IMG/VR virus record: IMGVR_UViG_2531839180_000006
Length of the DNA: 47,402 nt
Direction: 5' to 3' (one strand)
DNA from: a virus
Lineage: Duplodnaviria; Heunggongvirae; Uroviricota; Caudoviricetes
This document shows positions 38,525 through 47,402 of this stretch, piece by piece; positions within the stretch are counted from its first letter, which is position 1, and every line of letters begins with the position of its first letter. Made by a program: the position numbers and the translations under genes. The notes under the pieces were generated by a model. It did no database searches and was not told the origin of the DNA. It saw nothing but the letters and a program-made list of their open reading frames with translations.

Positions 38525-39353
38525 GGCTCACCCCCTTGCTGACTGGTTTAACCTGCGCCCTGACGTGATTTACGTGACGGGCGAATTTCTGCTCCCACTG
38601 AACCTGCGTGAACACTTTTCCCTCATCACTCCAGTAATCCCGGAATGCGGCAAGTTCAGCAGGCGTAAATTCTGTCTCCGGCAAAGCCATCCCCCACAAC
38701 GCAGCCCGTCGTCGAAAATCCCGCGACGGATGCCAGCTATCGGTCATCGGAAATTTTCCGATGGGTTCGCTCAGGCCATCCAGGAATACAAGGGGGGCTG
38801 CCTGTAACGACAAAACTTCCTGCTCACTGGTCGGAGCACTCTCGCGTGCGTTATGTGTGGGGTTTAGATCTTTGGGTTCCTTTGGGTTCCGTGATCCGTT
38901 TTTGGGTGTCTTTGATGGAAAATTTGGGTGTCTTTGGTTATTTTCCATGCAGCTAAGAGTTCCGTTTTTGGGTCTGTTTTGTGCTGAAACATAACCTTTT
39001 TCGGTACTGTTTTTATTAACAGCACCAATTTTACCCACCTTTAAAGACTCCCGTTTTTGGGTGTATTCAGGCTCGGCAACACTTTCTTCTACACCGATAA
39101 GTCGGTACACCACGATTTGCTTTGTTCTGCCTTTTCTCTCACCGGTATCAACAATTAACCCAATCTCCATCAGGTGTCGTAAGCTGTCCTGCACAGTCTT
39201 TTTGTTCAGTTCCGTTACTTCTGCCAGTGCAGATACAGACGGGTATGCACACAAATCGGCACCGCACATATCAGCAAGCCAGGTCAATACTGACTTACTG
39301 GATGAACTGCCGGTTTTCACCTTTTTAGCCCATCGTAGTGCATCGATACTCAT
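38313..39353 (-). CDS. O: Replication initiator O-like protein with ori iterons embedded in the coding region
   Basis: N-terminal wHTH domain, low-complexity linker encoded by iterons, position upstream of P; SD AGGGG before ATG at 39353. Confidence 0.75.
   Translation of the reverse strand: MSIDALRWAKKVKTGSSSSKSVLTWLADMCGADLCAYPSVSALAEVTELNKKTVQDSLRHLMEIGLIVDTGERKGRTKQIVVYRLIGVEESVAEPEYTQKRESLKVGKIGAVNKNSTEKGYVSAQNRPKNGTLSCMENNQRHPNFPSKTPKNGSRNPKEPKDLNPTHNARESAPTSEQEVLSLQAAPLVFLDGLSEPIGKFPMTDSWHPSRDFRRRAALWGMALPETEFTPAELAAFRDYWSDEGKVFTQVQWEQKFARHVNHVRAQVKPVSKGVSHAAAPGGTASRAVQEIRAAREQWERENGFISDGNGLEAVGTHGGGLFEPLDPEERGRTFEALDCTDWRDD
38860..39070. repeat. ori: Origin of replication: ~5 iterons of consensus CCGTTTTTGGGTGTCTTTG, plus an adjacent AT-rich segment (~38990-39045), inside the O gene
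   Basis: Repeated 'tttgggttcc', 'cgtttttgggtgtctttg', 'aatttgggtgtctttgg', 'ccgtttttgggtctgtttt', 'ccgtttttgggtgtatt' read directly. Confidence 0.7.
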
Positions 39354-39876
39354 ACGAACCCCTGGCAGACATTTGTTTATCTGCAAAGTAATATTGATAT
39401 TGCTGACGATACGCATGCTTGAAAGCAATAGCTTTTTCTATAAGCTCGTCAGTCTCACGTTCCACAACAGATGGATCCGCAAAAAGCAGCCCGGACTCCA
39501 CCACATCGCCATATTCTTTGTTTAATCCGGCGATCATGTATGTAATGCTTTTTCCGTCAGTAATTTCACAATACAACCTGAAATCGCTGATCCGGATAGC
39601 CTCCATAATTGCCGGAATCAGCGCCGTGAATTTTTCCCGCTTATCCCTGGTGTCGATAGCTTTCCAGCGTTCGAATATCTTCACCCGGTTAACGCCCAGC
39701 GCCCGTTGATCAACCTCGCCATCATTAAACGTGACGCGTTGAACATCGATGTTCGGGCGTTCTTTCAGAGCCCAGAATGCTTCTGTGATTAATATCGTCG
39801 CCTGCTCTTGTGTCATTCCTGGTCGGCATACCCAGGCATCCAGAGCTTCACAAACCTGTTCAGGGGTGATTTTCAT
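39325..39876 (-). CDS. YdaT-like protein at the cII position
   Basis: 183 aa; 'WKAIDTRDKREKFTALIPAIMEAIRISDFRLYCEITD' resembles Rac YdaT; located between cro-like gene and O. Confidence 0.5.
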   Translation of the reverse strand: MKITPEQVCEALDAWVCRPGMTQEQATILITEAFWALKERPNIDVQRVTFNDGEVDQRALGVNRVKIFERWKAIDTRDKREKFTALIPAIMEAIRISDFRLYCEITDGKSITYMIAGLNKEYGDVVESGLLFADPSVVERETDELIEKAIAFKHAYRQQYQYYFADKQMSARGSYEYRCTTMG

Positions 39877-40087
39877 TGTTCAACCGCCCCGCCCGCTTTG
39901 CCTTACGATATTCGTCATAAACTTTGGGGTCGTACTGAAGTTCCCCGCCGGATGCCTCTTGCAGGCGCATCGCGCGACCTTCAGGAACCAGTTCCCCCCA
40001 TTGAGAAACAGCAGATGGATCAACGCCAGCAGCTTTCGCTACTTTGGCTTTCGTGCCATAAAAATTAATTACGTCTGATTTAAACAT
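39860..40087 (-). CDS. dicC: Cro-like repressor (DicC/YdaS-type HTH)
   Basis: 75 aa; 'GTKAKVAKAAGVDPSAVSQW' HTH; strong SD GGAGGGG; divergent from the DicA-like gene. Confidence 0.75.
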   Translation of the reverse strand: MFKSDVINFYGTKAKVAKAAGVDPSAVSQWGELVPEGRAMRLQEASGGELQYDPKVYDEYRKAKRAGRLNNENHP

Positions 40088-40100
40088 CACCCCTCCAAAG

Positions 40101-40114
40101 TTGAGTTTTCTCAA
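40101..40114. promoter_or_regulatory. Operator-like palindrome TTGAGTTTTCTCAA in the dicA-dicC intergenic region
   Basis: Perfect inverted repeat; same motif recurs downstream of dicA (40634-40646, 40671-40682). Confidence 0.55.
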
Positions 40115-40164
40115 TGGTAATCACTCAAGGAATCTCAAGTCAAGGATTATTAAGATATCTAAAT

Positions 40165-40572
40165 ATGAACGAGAAAACTTTAGGTCAACGAATTAGAGAA
40201 AGACGCAAACAGGTTGGTTTAAGTCAAAACGATTTAAGCAAAGCTGCTGGCGTATCTGGCTCATCAATTTCACTATGGGAAAGCGACCATACAGCCCCGC
40301 GCGGGCAAAATTTGCATCGCCTGGCTGAGGTATTGCAATGCTCACCAACCTGGATACTGTTTGGTGACGAGGATAAAACACCAGATCCCCCAGTTGCACT
40401 TAACAGCGCCTTAGACTTATCGGAAGATGAGTTGGAGATGTTGCGATTGTATCGCGCACTTCCAAAATCAGAGCAGCAAGCACAAATCAGCGAACTCCGT
40501 GCCCGCGTTGAGAATTTTAATCGCCTATTCACCGAGCTACTAGAAGCTCGCAAACGTAACAAACATCAGTAA
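40165..40572 (+). CDS. dicA: Immunity repressor, DicA-like (XRE-family HTH)
   Basis: 135 aa; 'LQCSPTWILFGDEDK' and C-terminal region match E. coli DicA; HTH 'LSQNDLSKAAGVSGSSISLWE'. Confidence 0.85.
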   Translation: MNEKTLGQRIRERRKQVGLSQNDLSKAAGVSGSSISLWESDHTAPRGQNLHRLAEVLQCSPTWILFGDEDKTPDPPVALNSALDLSEDELEMLRLYRALPKSEQQAQISELRARVENFNRLFTELLEARKRNKHQ

Positions 40573-40633
40573 CCCCCTTCACAAATTTTAAAGCCTTACA
40601 TTTCAATGTATTGGCTTTATTTTGCATTAAATA

Positions 40634-40685
40634 TTGAGTTTTCTCATTAAAAATACTTGACCAACATTCATGAGAAAACTAAATT
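40634..40685 (+). promoter_or_regulatory. Candidate promoter of the ydfABC operon (-35 TTGACC, 17-bp spacer, -10 TAAATT) overlapped by two copies of the TGAGTTTTCTCA operator motif
   Basis: Sigma70-like hexamers with 17-bp spacing; operator motif copies at 40634-40646 and (inverted) 40671-40682. Confidence 0.5.
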
Positions 40686-40761
40686 ACCACCCATCAAGAC
40701 ACCGCACGGTGTTCTCAGCAAACAGTTCCGCTACCCGGCGTTAAGGGGAAATGAGGTCAAC

Positions 40762-40917
40762 ATGGATACTATCGATCTTGGCAACAACGAATCTCTGGTA
40801 TACGGCGTGTTTCCCAACCAGGACGGTACGTTCACCGCGATGACGTATACCAAAAGCAAAACGTTTAAAACCGAAAATGGTGCCCGTCGCTGGCTGGAAA
40901 GAAACTCAGGTGAGTGA
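40762..40917 (+). CDS. ydfA: YdfA-like small protein
   Basis: 51 aa 'MDTIDLGNNESLVYGVFPNQDGTFTAMTYTKSKTFKTENGARRWLERNSGE'; GAGG SD. Confidence 0.8.
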   Translation: MDTIDLGNNESLVYGVFPNQDGTFTAMTYTKSKTFKTENGARRWLERNSGE

Positions 40918-40918
40918 T

Positions 40919-41047
40919 ATGGATTTCGACACAATCATGGAAAAGGCTTACGAAGAATACTTCGAAGGTCTTGCCGAAGGCGAAGAAGCTCTCAGCTTCA
41001 ACGAATTTAAACAGGCGCTTTCCAGTTCGGCAAAATCTAACGGCTGA
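40919..41047 (+). CDS. ydfB: YdfB-like small protein
   Basis: 42-aa ORF 'MDFDTIMEKAYEEYFEGLAEGEEALSFNEFKQALSSSAKSNG' immediately after ydfA. Confidence 0.7.
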   Translation: MDFDTIMEKAYEEYFEGLAEGEEALSFNEFKQALSSSAKSNG

Positions 41048-41076
41048 TAAGCGAAACAGCACCGCGAGGAATCAGT

Positions 41077-41295
41077 ATGCAGAAACGAGAACCCGTCATC
41101 ATCGCGCCAGACTATACCGATGATGAACTTTATGAGTGGATGCACCAGAAAATTAATGCAGCGCAGGATCTGAAATGGGCCAATGAAGCCAGGACTAAGC
41201 AGGCTGAAAATCTGTCCGCTCTGGAGCAGGATATCACTAATCTGGAAAAAGCAGCGGCATTAAGCATTGCCAGAATGATTACATACCCGCGTTAA
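41077..41295 (+). CDS. ydfC: YdfC-like small protein
   Basis: 72-aa ORF following ydfB, as in Qin prophage. Confidence 0.7.
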   Translation: MQKREPVIIAPDYTDDELYEWMHQKINAAQDLKWANEARTKQAENLSALEQDITNLEKAAALSIARMITYPR

Positions 41296-41660
41296 TAGCT
41301 AACCAACGAAGCTAAGGTTGGTAATTAAGGAGTTCTCCACGGGTGAGGTGGAGTGCGTGCGCCGGACACGGGTGAGCATCCGGCACTGACAGTTTACTGA
41401 AAGGATATTTCCCTGAAAAGTCAGACCATAACGCGAAAGCGCACGGCGAGGTAGCTGGTTCATAGATAGCCTGTCGTTAAATTTTCGTCGACCGTGCGCT
41501 TCCGGTTGTGGCAATCCGCGAAATGGCGCGGCGGTAAGTATGGCGGGGTTATTCCTTCCCCCGTTGAGGACACCGGGTTGTCAGGTTGACCATACGCTTA
41601 AGTGACAACCCCGCCATAACTCATACTGCTATAGATATATGGGGTCTAACCGGAGGAAAA

Positions 41661-41882
41661 ATGATAGTTCAATGCACAGACGGGAATAATAAGCTGCTCT
41701 GGTCATACGATACCGTCAGCCAGAAACACATAATGAATATGACTTTTATAAAGGACGGTACTCAACAAAAAATCATTACCGCCCTTGCAAGTGCATTAAC
41801 TCAGGCGACAAGCCAAATTCTGCTATCTGATAACGTTAATGGAGTATCTGATATTGGCTCGATGACCGGGAGGGAGTGCTAA
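41661..41882 (+). CDS. Hypothetical small protein (73 aa)
   Basis: ORF with strong SD GGAGGAAAA; 3' end overlaps a convergent minus-strand ORF. Confidence 0.45.
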   Translation: MIVQCTDGNNKLLWSYDTVSQKHIMNMTFIKDGTQQKIITALASALTQATSQILLSDNVNGVSDIGSMTGREC

Positions 41883-42086
41883 TACAACATTCCAGTAACC
41901 CGAGTGGGGCACGGTAATATTGGCAGGGAATCGTTCATAGAAACCGCCGTAATAGGTAAAACGCCCGCCCCGCTTGAAAGCCTGGTAATTTGAATCATCC
42001 ATTAATAAAACATTAATCTGGTGTGAACATTGAACCCTGACAAGGTCACCATCATTCATGTGTTCACGACTATGTATATGGGACAT
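41823..42086 (-). CDS. Hypothetical small protein (87 aa)
   Basis: ORF with strong SD AAGGAG 5 nt before ATG. Confidence 0.5.
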   Translation of the reverse strand: MSHIHSREHMNDGDLVRVQCSHQINVLLMDDSNYQAFKRGGRFTYYGGFYERFPANITVPHSGYWNVVLALPPGHRANIRYSINVIR

Positions 42087-42603
42087 AAACACTCCTTTTT
42101 ACTGTGGAAAGCTAAATCATATCACGGTCTATGAAGTAAAAAGTGAATTTCGTGATGCGGTGAATGCGGCTCAGCGCACGCAGAACAGTTAAAAACACAA
42201 GTGTTATGGGTGAATCATCCGGCGTTAATTGTTAACTGGTTAACGTCACCTGGAGGCACCAGGCACCGCATCACAAAGTTCACTTAGGTGATGAAAGGTA
42301 GAGAAAATGTTGAATGTAGCTATTGAAAACCAGAACGGGTGGAATTATAGTGCACCTGCACCTCATAAAACGGGTGCCGGGCGTGGAAACCCGATGTTCA
42401 CTAACGCGCATAATCGCGCTCAGGCGGTTTTTTTATGCGTAATGCACAGCCACATTCAGATTATGGTGGGACGTGCAGGGCAGCCGCAAGGCTGGCCGGG
42501 TTCGTTAGTGACCGGTATTTCCACCCCTGTACGTCTCACCACCCTTATGGTCGTGGAAAACCTTGGTGGTGAGTTAATCAAATTCACTAACGAGGCTGCT
42601 ATC

Positions 42604-43158
42604 ATGGCTACTATCCCTACCCTTTCTCAACCTGACGTAACCATCGAAAATGGTCGCGCTGTCACTACGTCTGTTGCGATCGCCGAGTTCTTTGGCAAAC
42701 GCCACGACAATGTTATTCAAAAAATAAAATTACTGGATTGCTCCCCTGAATTCACTGCCCTTAATTTTAAGGTGAGCGAATACACCGACTCAACCGGGCG
42801 CAAACTCCCTATGTACCAAATCACCAAAAACGGCTTCGTTTTCCTGGTGATGGGCTTCACGGGCAAAAAAGCCGCAGCTTTCAAGGAAGCCTACATCGCT
42901 GAATTCGATCGCATGGAGGCAGAGTTGTACCAGCTTAATACCACTACCACAGACAAAATAATTCCTGGTGATGGTCGCACTCTCGTTGTTTACTTCGACG
43001 AACGCGGCAATATCAAATTCACCGAAACCGTTCCTGACGGCGCTCTCGTCTGTACTCTGGATACTTTCCGCTTTTATCTGGAGAAGCAGGGGTGGACTCT
43101 TGTAAACAGGAGCGCAATTAAAAATATGACCGTCGAGCAGTTGCTGAGTATTAAATAG
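42604..43158 (+). CDS. rha: Rha-family phage regulatory protein (start uncertain; ORF extends in-frame to 42307)
   Basis: 'RAVTTSVAIAEFFGKRHDNVIQKI' Rha signature; upstream in-frame extension lacks protein-like composition. Confidence 0.7.
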   Translation: MATIPTLSQPDVTIENGRAVTTSVAIAEFFGKRHDNVIQKIKLLDCSPEFTALNFKVSEYTDSTGRKLPMYQITKNGFVFLVMGFTGKKAAAFKEAYIAEFDRMEAELYQLNTTTTDKIIPGDGRTLVVYFDERGNIKFTETVPDGALVCTLDTFRFYLEKQGWTLVNRSAIKNMTVEQLLSIK

Positions 43159-43204
43159 TTTTCTGGAATTTTCTTAATGCGACAAATTTATTAAGGAGAT
43201 AATT

Positions 43205-43426
43205 ATGATTGCTCATCACTTCGGAACTGATGATATTCCTCGTCAGTGCGTGACTCCCGGTGATTATGTTATTCATAAAGGAAGAACATATATTGCTTCG
43301 GTAAACAATATAAAAAAACACCGGCTCTATATTCGTGATTTTTCCACACAACACTGTATTAATGAAACCATGATTAAAGTCTTCCTTGATCGTGATGGTT
43401 TACCTGTAAAGGCGGAGTCGTGGTGA
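43205..43426 (+). CDS. Hypothetical small protein (73 aa)
   Basis: ORF with strong SD AAGGAG. Confidence 0.5.
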   Translation: MIAHHFGTDDIPRQCVTPGDYVIHKGRTYIASVNNIKKHRLYIRDFSTQHCINETMIKVFLDRDGLPVKAESW

Positions 43427-43543
43427 GCTGTAATAAAATAACTACCCCAATACGACATTCAGTTTAATAAATACATCAGATTCGATTCTTATATGCCAGC
43501 AATGGCAGTGACTTGTTCACCCCTAAATCTGTAATGAGGTTTA

Positions 43544-45982
43544 TTGATGAGCACGAATAAAGAAGTGTTTGCGCTATATTGCGAAGCTAAAAATGACAAG
43601 GTCAGAAAGCGTCTCGGTATTAAAGGTGGCTTTTTCTGGATCGAAGCCAAAAAACTTTCCGTTGCAGTTTCCCGCTGTATTGCCGCTATGGACGATGCTG
43701 GCTACGACGAAGATGATTTCAAAAAAACAGTTCGCATCCATTTGCCTGTTGTAAATGACCTGCCACCTGAAGGCGTATTTGATACTGATTTCTGTAACCG
43801 TTACGAAAAAGGTGGAGAAGATGGCATCACAATGATGCCGGTACCGTCCAGCAACAGCGATGAAAACAGTAACGCCGCTAATACTAACGTCAACGGCGAA
43901 GACATGATTGAGATTGAGGAGAATATTCTTCTGCCGGTTTCAGGTCAGCTTCTGCCTGTTAGATGGCTGGCACAGCACGGCAGCGAAAAACCTGTCACGC
44001 ATGTTTCACGGGATGAACTGCGGGCATTACATAACGCACAGGAAGAAAAACTTCCCGCCGTTACCGCTCTGGCCATCTCAAATAAAGCAGTGCAACTCGA
44101 ACCGCTGGAGATTCGGGATTTGTACAAACTGGTGCGGGACACTGACAAAGTTTTTCCCGCCCCCGTAAATTCAGACCTGGGACTGATGACTTCCTTCATC
44201 GAAGCATACCTGGACGCTGACTACACCAATCGCGGTCTGCTTACAAAAGAGTGGATGAAAGGAAATCATGTTTCGCGAATCAGCCGCACACCATCCGGCG
44301 CTAACGCTGGCGGCGGTATTCTTACCGATCGCGGCGAAGGTTTTGTACACGATGATGCATCACTGGCGCGCGACGTAGCCACTGGCGTGCTGGCCCGTTC
44401 AATGGACGTGGACATTTATAACCTTCATCCGGCACACGCTAAACGCGTCGAGGAAATTATCGCTGAAAATAAACCGCCCTTTTCTGTTTTCTTCAGCAAA
44501 TTCATCACCATGCCGGGCCACAAGGATTTCTCCCGTGCCATCGTGGTTGCCTCCGTGAAAGAAGCACCAGTTGGTATAGAGGCTATGCCCCACCGTGTCA
44601 CCGAATACCTGAATAAAGTGCTGACTGAAACCGATCATGCCAACCCTGATCCGGAAATCGTGGATATTGCCTGCGGTCGCTCCTCTGCCCCGATGCCGCA
44701 GCGTGTAACTGAAAAAGAAAAACATGATGAAGAAAAACCGCAACCATCTGGCGCAATGGCAGATGAACAGGCAACGGCTGAAACAGTGGAACCGGATGCA
44801 ACTGAACATCATCCGGACACGCAGCCGGTGGATGCTCAGCCACAGGTGAATTCTGTTGATGCGAAATATCAGAAACTGCGGGCAGAACTCCATGAAGCCA
44901 GGAAAAACATTTCGCCTAAAAATCCTGTCGACGCAAACAAATTACTGGCAGCCTCTCGCGGAGAATTTGTTGAAGGGATTAGTGACCCGAATGATCCGAA
45001 ATGGGTTAAGGGGCTCCAGACTCGCGAGTCTTCGAACCAGAATCAACCAGAAGTGGAACAAACCAAGCCAGAATCGGGACAAAATAGCCAGGATGCACAC
45101 CAAAATGAACCAAAAACGATACATCCGGAGCCAGCAGCGCAACATGCACAGAAAAATCCCTGTAATGTTTGTGGGGAAACTGGCGGGGGCACATGCCCTG
45201 ACTGTGCCTCAGTAATGGGTGACGCAACTTACCATGAGACATTCTGCGAGGAAGATTCAGATGAATCTCAGGAAAAAGCTCCGGAGGAGATGGAAAACCC
45301 TGAACATCCGCATCCGGAAAATACTGACAGCAATCAGCATAACAATAGCGGTGATAAAACTGACAGGACGACAAATTCCTTAATTAATATGCACGGTCAT
45401 CAGAAAAGAACATCCACCAGCAGAATGTGTCACCATCTGATGATCGACCTTGAAACAATGGGAAAAAATCCTGATTCCCCGATTATCTCAATAGGTGCAA
45501 TATTTTTCGATCCGCAAACCGGAGAGATGGGACCAGAATTTAATAAAACCATCGATCTGGAAACTGCTGGCGGAGTCATTGATCGGGACGCGATCAAGTG
45601 GTGGCTGAAGCAATCACGCGAAGCGCAATCTGCCATTCTGACCGATGAAATCCCGTTAGATGATGCACTGCTGCAATTGCGGGAATTTATCGCCGAAAAC
45701 TCCGGTGAATTGTTTGTTCAGGTCTGGGGAAATGGAGCCAACTTCGACAACGTGATTTTGCGCCGTTCATATGAACGGCAGGGTATCCCCTGCCCGTGGC
45801 GCTACTACAACGATCGCGATGTACGCACAATCATTGAACTGGGAAAATCCATAGACTTCGATGCCAGGACGCCTATTCAATTCGAAGACATACGCCACAA
45901 TGCGCTGGATGATGCCCGTCACCAGGCGAAATACGTTTCAGCAATCTGGCAAAAACTGATCCCGAATCAGTCTGATTTTTAA
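43544..45982 (+). CDS. RecE-like exonuclease VIII family protein with Zn-ribbon and C-terminal DEDDh (DnaQ-like) 3'-5' exonuclease domain
   Basis: N-terminal ~570 aa resembles E. coli RecE N-terminal region; '[15 protein letters not shown]'; C-terminal Exo I-III motifs 'MIDLETMG', 'VWGNGANFD', 'HNALDDARH'. Confidence 0.75.
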   Translation: MMSTNKEVFALYCEAKNDKVRKRLGIKGGFFWIEAKKLSVAVSRCIAAMDDAGYDEDDFKKTVRIHLPVVNDLPPEGVFDTDFCNRYEKGGEDGITMMPVPSSNSDENSNAANTNVNGEDMIEIEENILLPVSGQLLPVRWLAQHGSEKPVTHVSRDELRALHNAQEEKLPAVTALAISNKAVQLEPLEIRDLYKLVRDTDKVFPAPVNSDLGLMTSFIEAYLDADYTNRGLLTKEWMKGNHVSRISRTPSGANAGGGILTDRGEGFVHDDASLARDVATGVLARSMDVDIYNLHPAHAKRVEEIIAENKPPFSVFFSKFITMPGHKDFSRAIVVASVKEAPVGIEAMPHRVTEYLNKVLTETDHANPDPEIVDIACGRSSAPMPQRVTEKEKHDEEKPQPSGAMADEQATAETVEPDATEHHPDTQPVDAQPQVNSVDAKYQKLRAELHEARKNISPKNPVDANKLLAASRGEFVEGISDPNDPKWVKGLQTRESSNQNQPEVEQTKPESGQNSQDAHQNEPKTIHPEPAAQHAQKNPCNVCGETGGGTCPDCASVMGDATYHETFCEEDSDESQEKAPEEMENPEHPHPENTDSNQHNNSGDKTDRTTNSLINMHGHQKRTSTSRMCHHLMIDLETMGKNPDSPIISIGAIFFDPQTGEMGPEFNKTIDLETAGGVIDRDAIKWWLKQSREAQSAILTDEIPLDDALLQLREFIAENSGELFVQVWGNGANFDNVILRRSYERQGIPCPWRYYNDRDVRTIIELGKSIDFDARTPIQFEDIRHNALDDARHQAKYVSAIWQKLIPNQSDF

Positions 45983-46045
45983 TGTTCAACCCCGGTCGTC
46001 GCCCCCAGCTATAGTGGCGGCGACCATGATTAGCGAACGATACTC

Positions 46046-46294
46046 ATGGCAAGACTTATTCTGCTCACTGAGTGGGCAAAAGAGGAATTCAGCGATCCGG
46101 TCCCTACTCCGGGCACGTTAAGTAAATACGCTAAAGCCGGAATGATATTTCCTCTCCCCAAAAAAGTTGGAAGACACTGGCGAGTGGATCCGCGAGCTCG
46201 CTTTGTCGGAATGGTAAACAAGCCGGAGGTGATCGCCACAGATCACCCTGCTTTAAAGAGGATACTGGAAGATGGCACGCCCGCGAAAATATAA
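46046..46294 (+). CDS. xis: Excisionase (Xis-like DNA-binding protein)
   Basis: 82-aa ORF immediately upstream of and overlapping int; wing-helix-like 'LSKYAKAGMIFPLPKKVGRHWRV'. Confidence 0.7.
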   Translation: MARLILLTEWAKEEFSDPVPTPGTLSKYAKAGMIFPLPKKVGRHWRVDPRARFVGMVNKPEVIATDHPALKRILEDGTPAKI

Positions 46295-47402
46295 AACCGC
46301 TGTTCCGGGATTATCTCCGTATTTTGACAAAAGAAATAACAAAGTTTACTGGCGTTACAGGCATCCCATCACAGGTAAAAATCATGGACTCGGCAGTATT
46401 GACCAGAAACTGGCGGAAACCATTGCAGCAGAAGCGAACAGCCGTCTTGCCAGACAACAAATGGAGCAAATGCTCAGTCTGCAGGAGAAAATTATTAATG
46501 ATACCGGCGGTTCATCAACCGTTTCCATTTTTCTGAATAATTACAGAAAAATTCAACAGGAAAGATATGAAAACGGAGAAATCAAACTCAACACGCTGAA
46601 ACAGAAAGCGGCCCCTCTCAGGGTTTTTGATGAACGTTTTGGCACCAGACCGTTAGATGCCATAACCGTAAAGGATGTGGTATCGGTGCTGGAAGAGTAC
46701 AAGTCCAGAGGACATAACAGAATGGGACAAATTTTCAGGAAGGTACTGATCGATGTTTTCCGGGAGGCTCAGCAAACGGGCGATGTCCCGCCAGGCTTTA
46801 ACCCTGCAGAATCGGCAAAAAAACCACAGGTGCGGATATCAAGACAGCGACTGACTTTTGATGAGTGGACGATGATTTATAACGCAGCGGAAAAGGATGG
46901 TTACTTTTTACAGCGCGGTATGCTGCTGGCACTGATGACAGGCCAGCGCCTTTCAGATATTTGCAAAATGCAATTTTCGGATATCCGGGATGGTTATCTT
47001 CATGTCGAACAGCAAAAAACAGGAACCCGGATTGCCATCCCTCTGGCTCTGCGTTGCGATAAATTAAATCTCACCCTGGATGATGTGGTGTCATCCTGTC
47101 GCGATTGCGTTCTTAGTCCGTGGCTATTGCACCATCATCACGCGAAAGGGACAGCTAAGCGCGGCGGGATGGTTAAGCCAGCAACGTTAACCGTTGCATT
47201 TAAAAAAGCGCGGGATTCTGTGGATTACAACTGGCGTGCTAATGGCACCCCACCCTCTTTCCATGAGCAGAGATCTTTATCAGAGCGATTGTTCAGAGAG
47301 CAGGGAATTGATACCCAAATTTTGCTGGGTCATTCGAATCAAAAAATGACCGATATTTACAACGATGCACGCGGCAAGGAGTGGAAAAAACTGGTCATTT
47401 GA
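46272..47402 (+). CDS. int: Tyrosine integrase (lambda Int family)
   Basis: 376 aa; N-terminal arm-binding region, C-terminal catalytic 'HEQRSLSERLF...LLGHSNQKMTDIY'; stop TGA is the last codon of the window. Confidence 0.9.
   Translation: MARPRKYKTAVPGLSPYFDKRNNKVYWRYRHPITGKNHGLGSIDQKLAETIAAEANSRLARQQMEQMLSLQEKIINDTGGSSTVSIFLNNYRKIQQERYENGEIKLNTLKQKAAPLRVFDERFGTRPLDAITVKDVVSVLEEYKSRGHNRMGQIFRKVLIDVFREAQQTGDVPPGFNPAESAKKPQVRISRQRLTFDEWTMIYNAAEKDGYFLQRGMLLALMTGQRLSDICKMQFSDIRDGYLHVEQQKTGTRIAIPLALRCDKLNLTLDDVVSSCRDCVLSPWLLHHHHAKGTAKRGGMVKPATLTVAFKKARDSVDYNWRANGTPPSFHEQRSLSERLFREQGIDTQILLGHSNQKMTDIYNDARGKEWKKLVI

Noticed and set aside
41296-41660. Canonical DicF sRNA
   Set aside because: The E. 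coli K-12 DicF core and its GC-stem/U-run terminator are not present; only a structured region of unknown nature is seen.
42307-42603. N-terminal extension of the Rha ORF (start at 42307)
   Set aside because: It overlaps the inverted-repeat/GTTAAC region and lacks protein-like composition; the Rha-homologous sequence begins near 42604.
1-47402. CRISPR arrays, IS elements or transposase genes
   Set aside because: No regularly spaced short direct repeats and no transposase-like ORFs; the only repeats are the tfa direct repeats, C/Nu3 tandem repeats, ori iterons and operator palindromes.

Overview
This window is almost entirely one lambda-like (lambdoid) prophage of Escherichia/Shigella type, read by eye without database searches. 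The late operon is on the minus strand: a Q-like antiterminator, a cargo island (Ser/Thr kinase + PP2C phosphatase, orphan DNA methyltransferase, three tRNA genes), a lysis cassette (pinholin-type holin, SAR-type lysozyme, Rz/Rz1), cos, and a complete lambda-order head and tail module (Nu1, A, W, B, C, D, E, FI, FII, Z, U, V, G/G-T, H, M, L, K, I, J, lom, side tail fiber). The early region has lambda-like O/P replication genes with ori iterons, a DicA/DicC-type immunity switch with ydfABC, and on the plus strand Rha, a RecE-like exonuclease, xis and int at the right edge; att sites lie outside the window. The most interesting parts are AT-rich cargo inserts: (1) a translationally coupled kinase/phosphatase pair behind a palindromic operator, (2) a RexAB-like two-gene cassette (310-aa soluble protein + 184-aa four-helix membrane protein) in the nin region next to a hok toxin gene, (3) a SAM-methyltransferase inserted into the tail-fibre assembly gene and flanked by direct repeats, and (4) an anti-sense 111-aa Cys-rich ORF at the position where Stx phages carry stx. 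The large terminase gene carries a +1 frameshift in an A-run, so the prophage may be packaging-defective unless this is a sequencing error. All homology calls rest on recognisable motifs and recalled lambda/E. coli K-12 prophage proteins and need confirmation by search.
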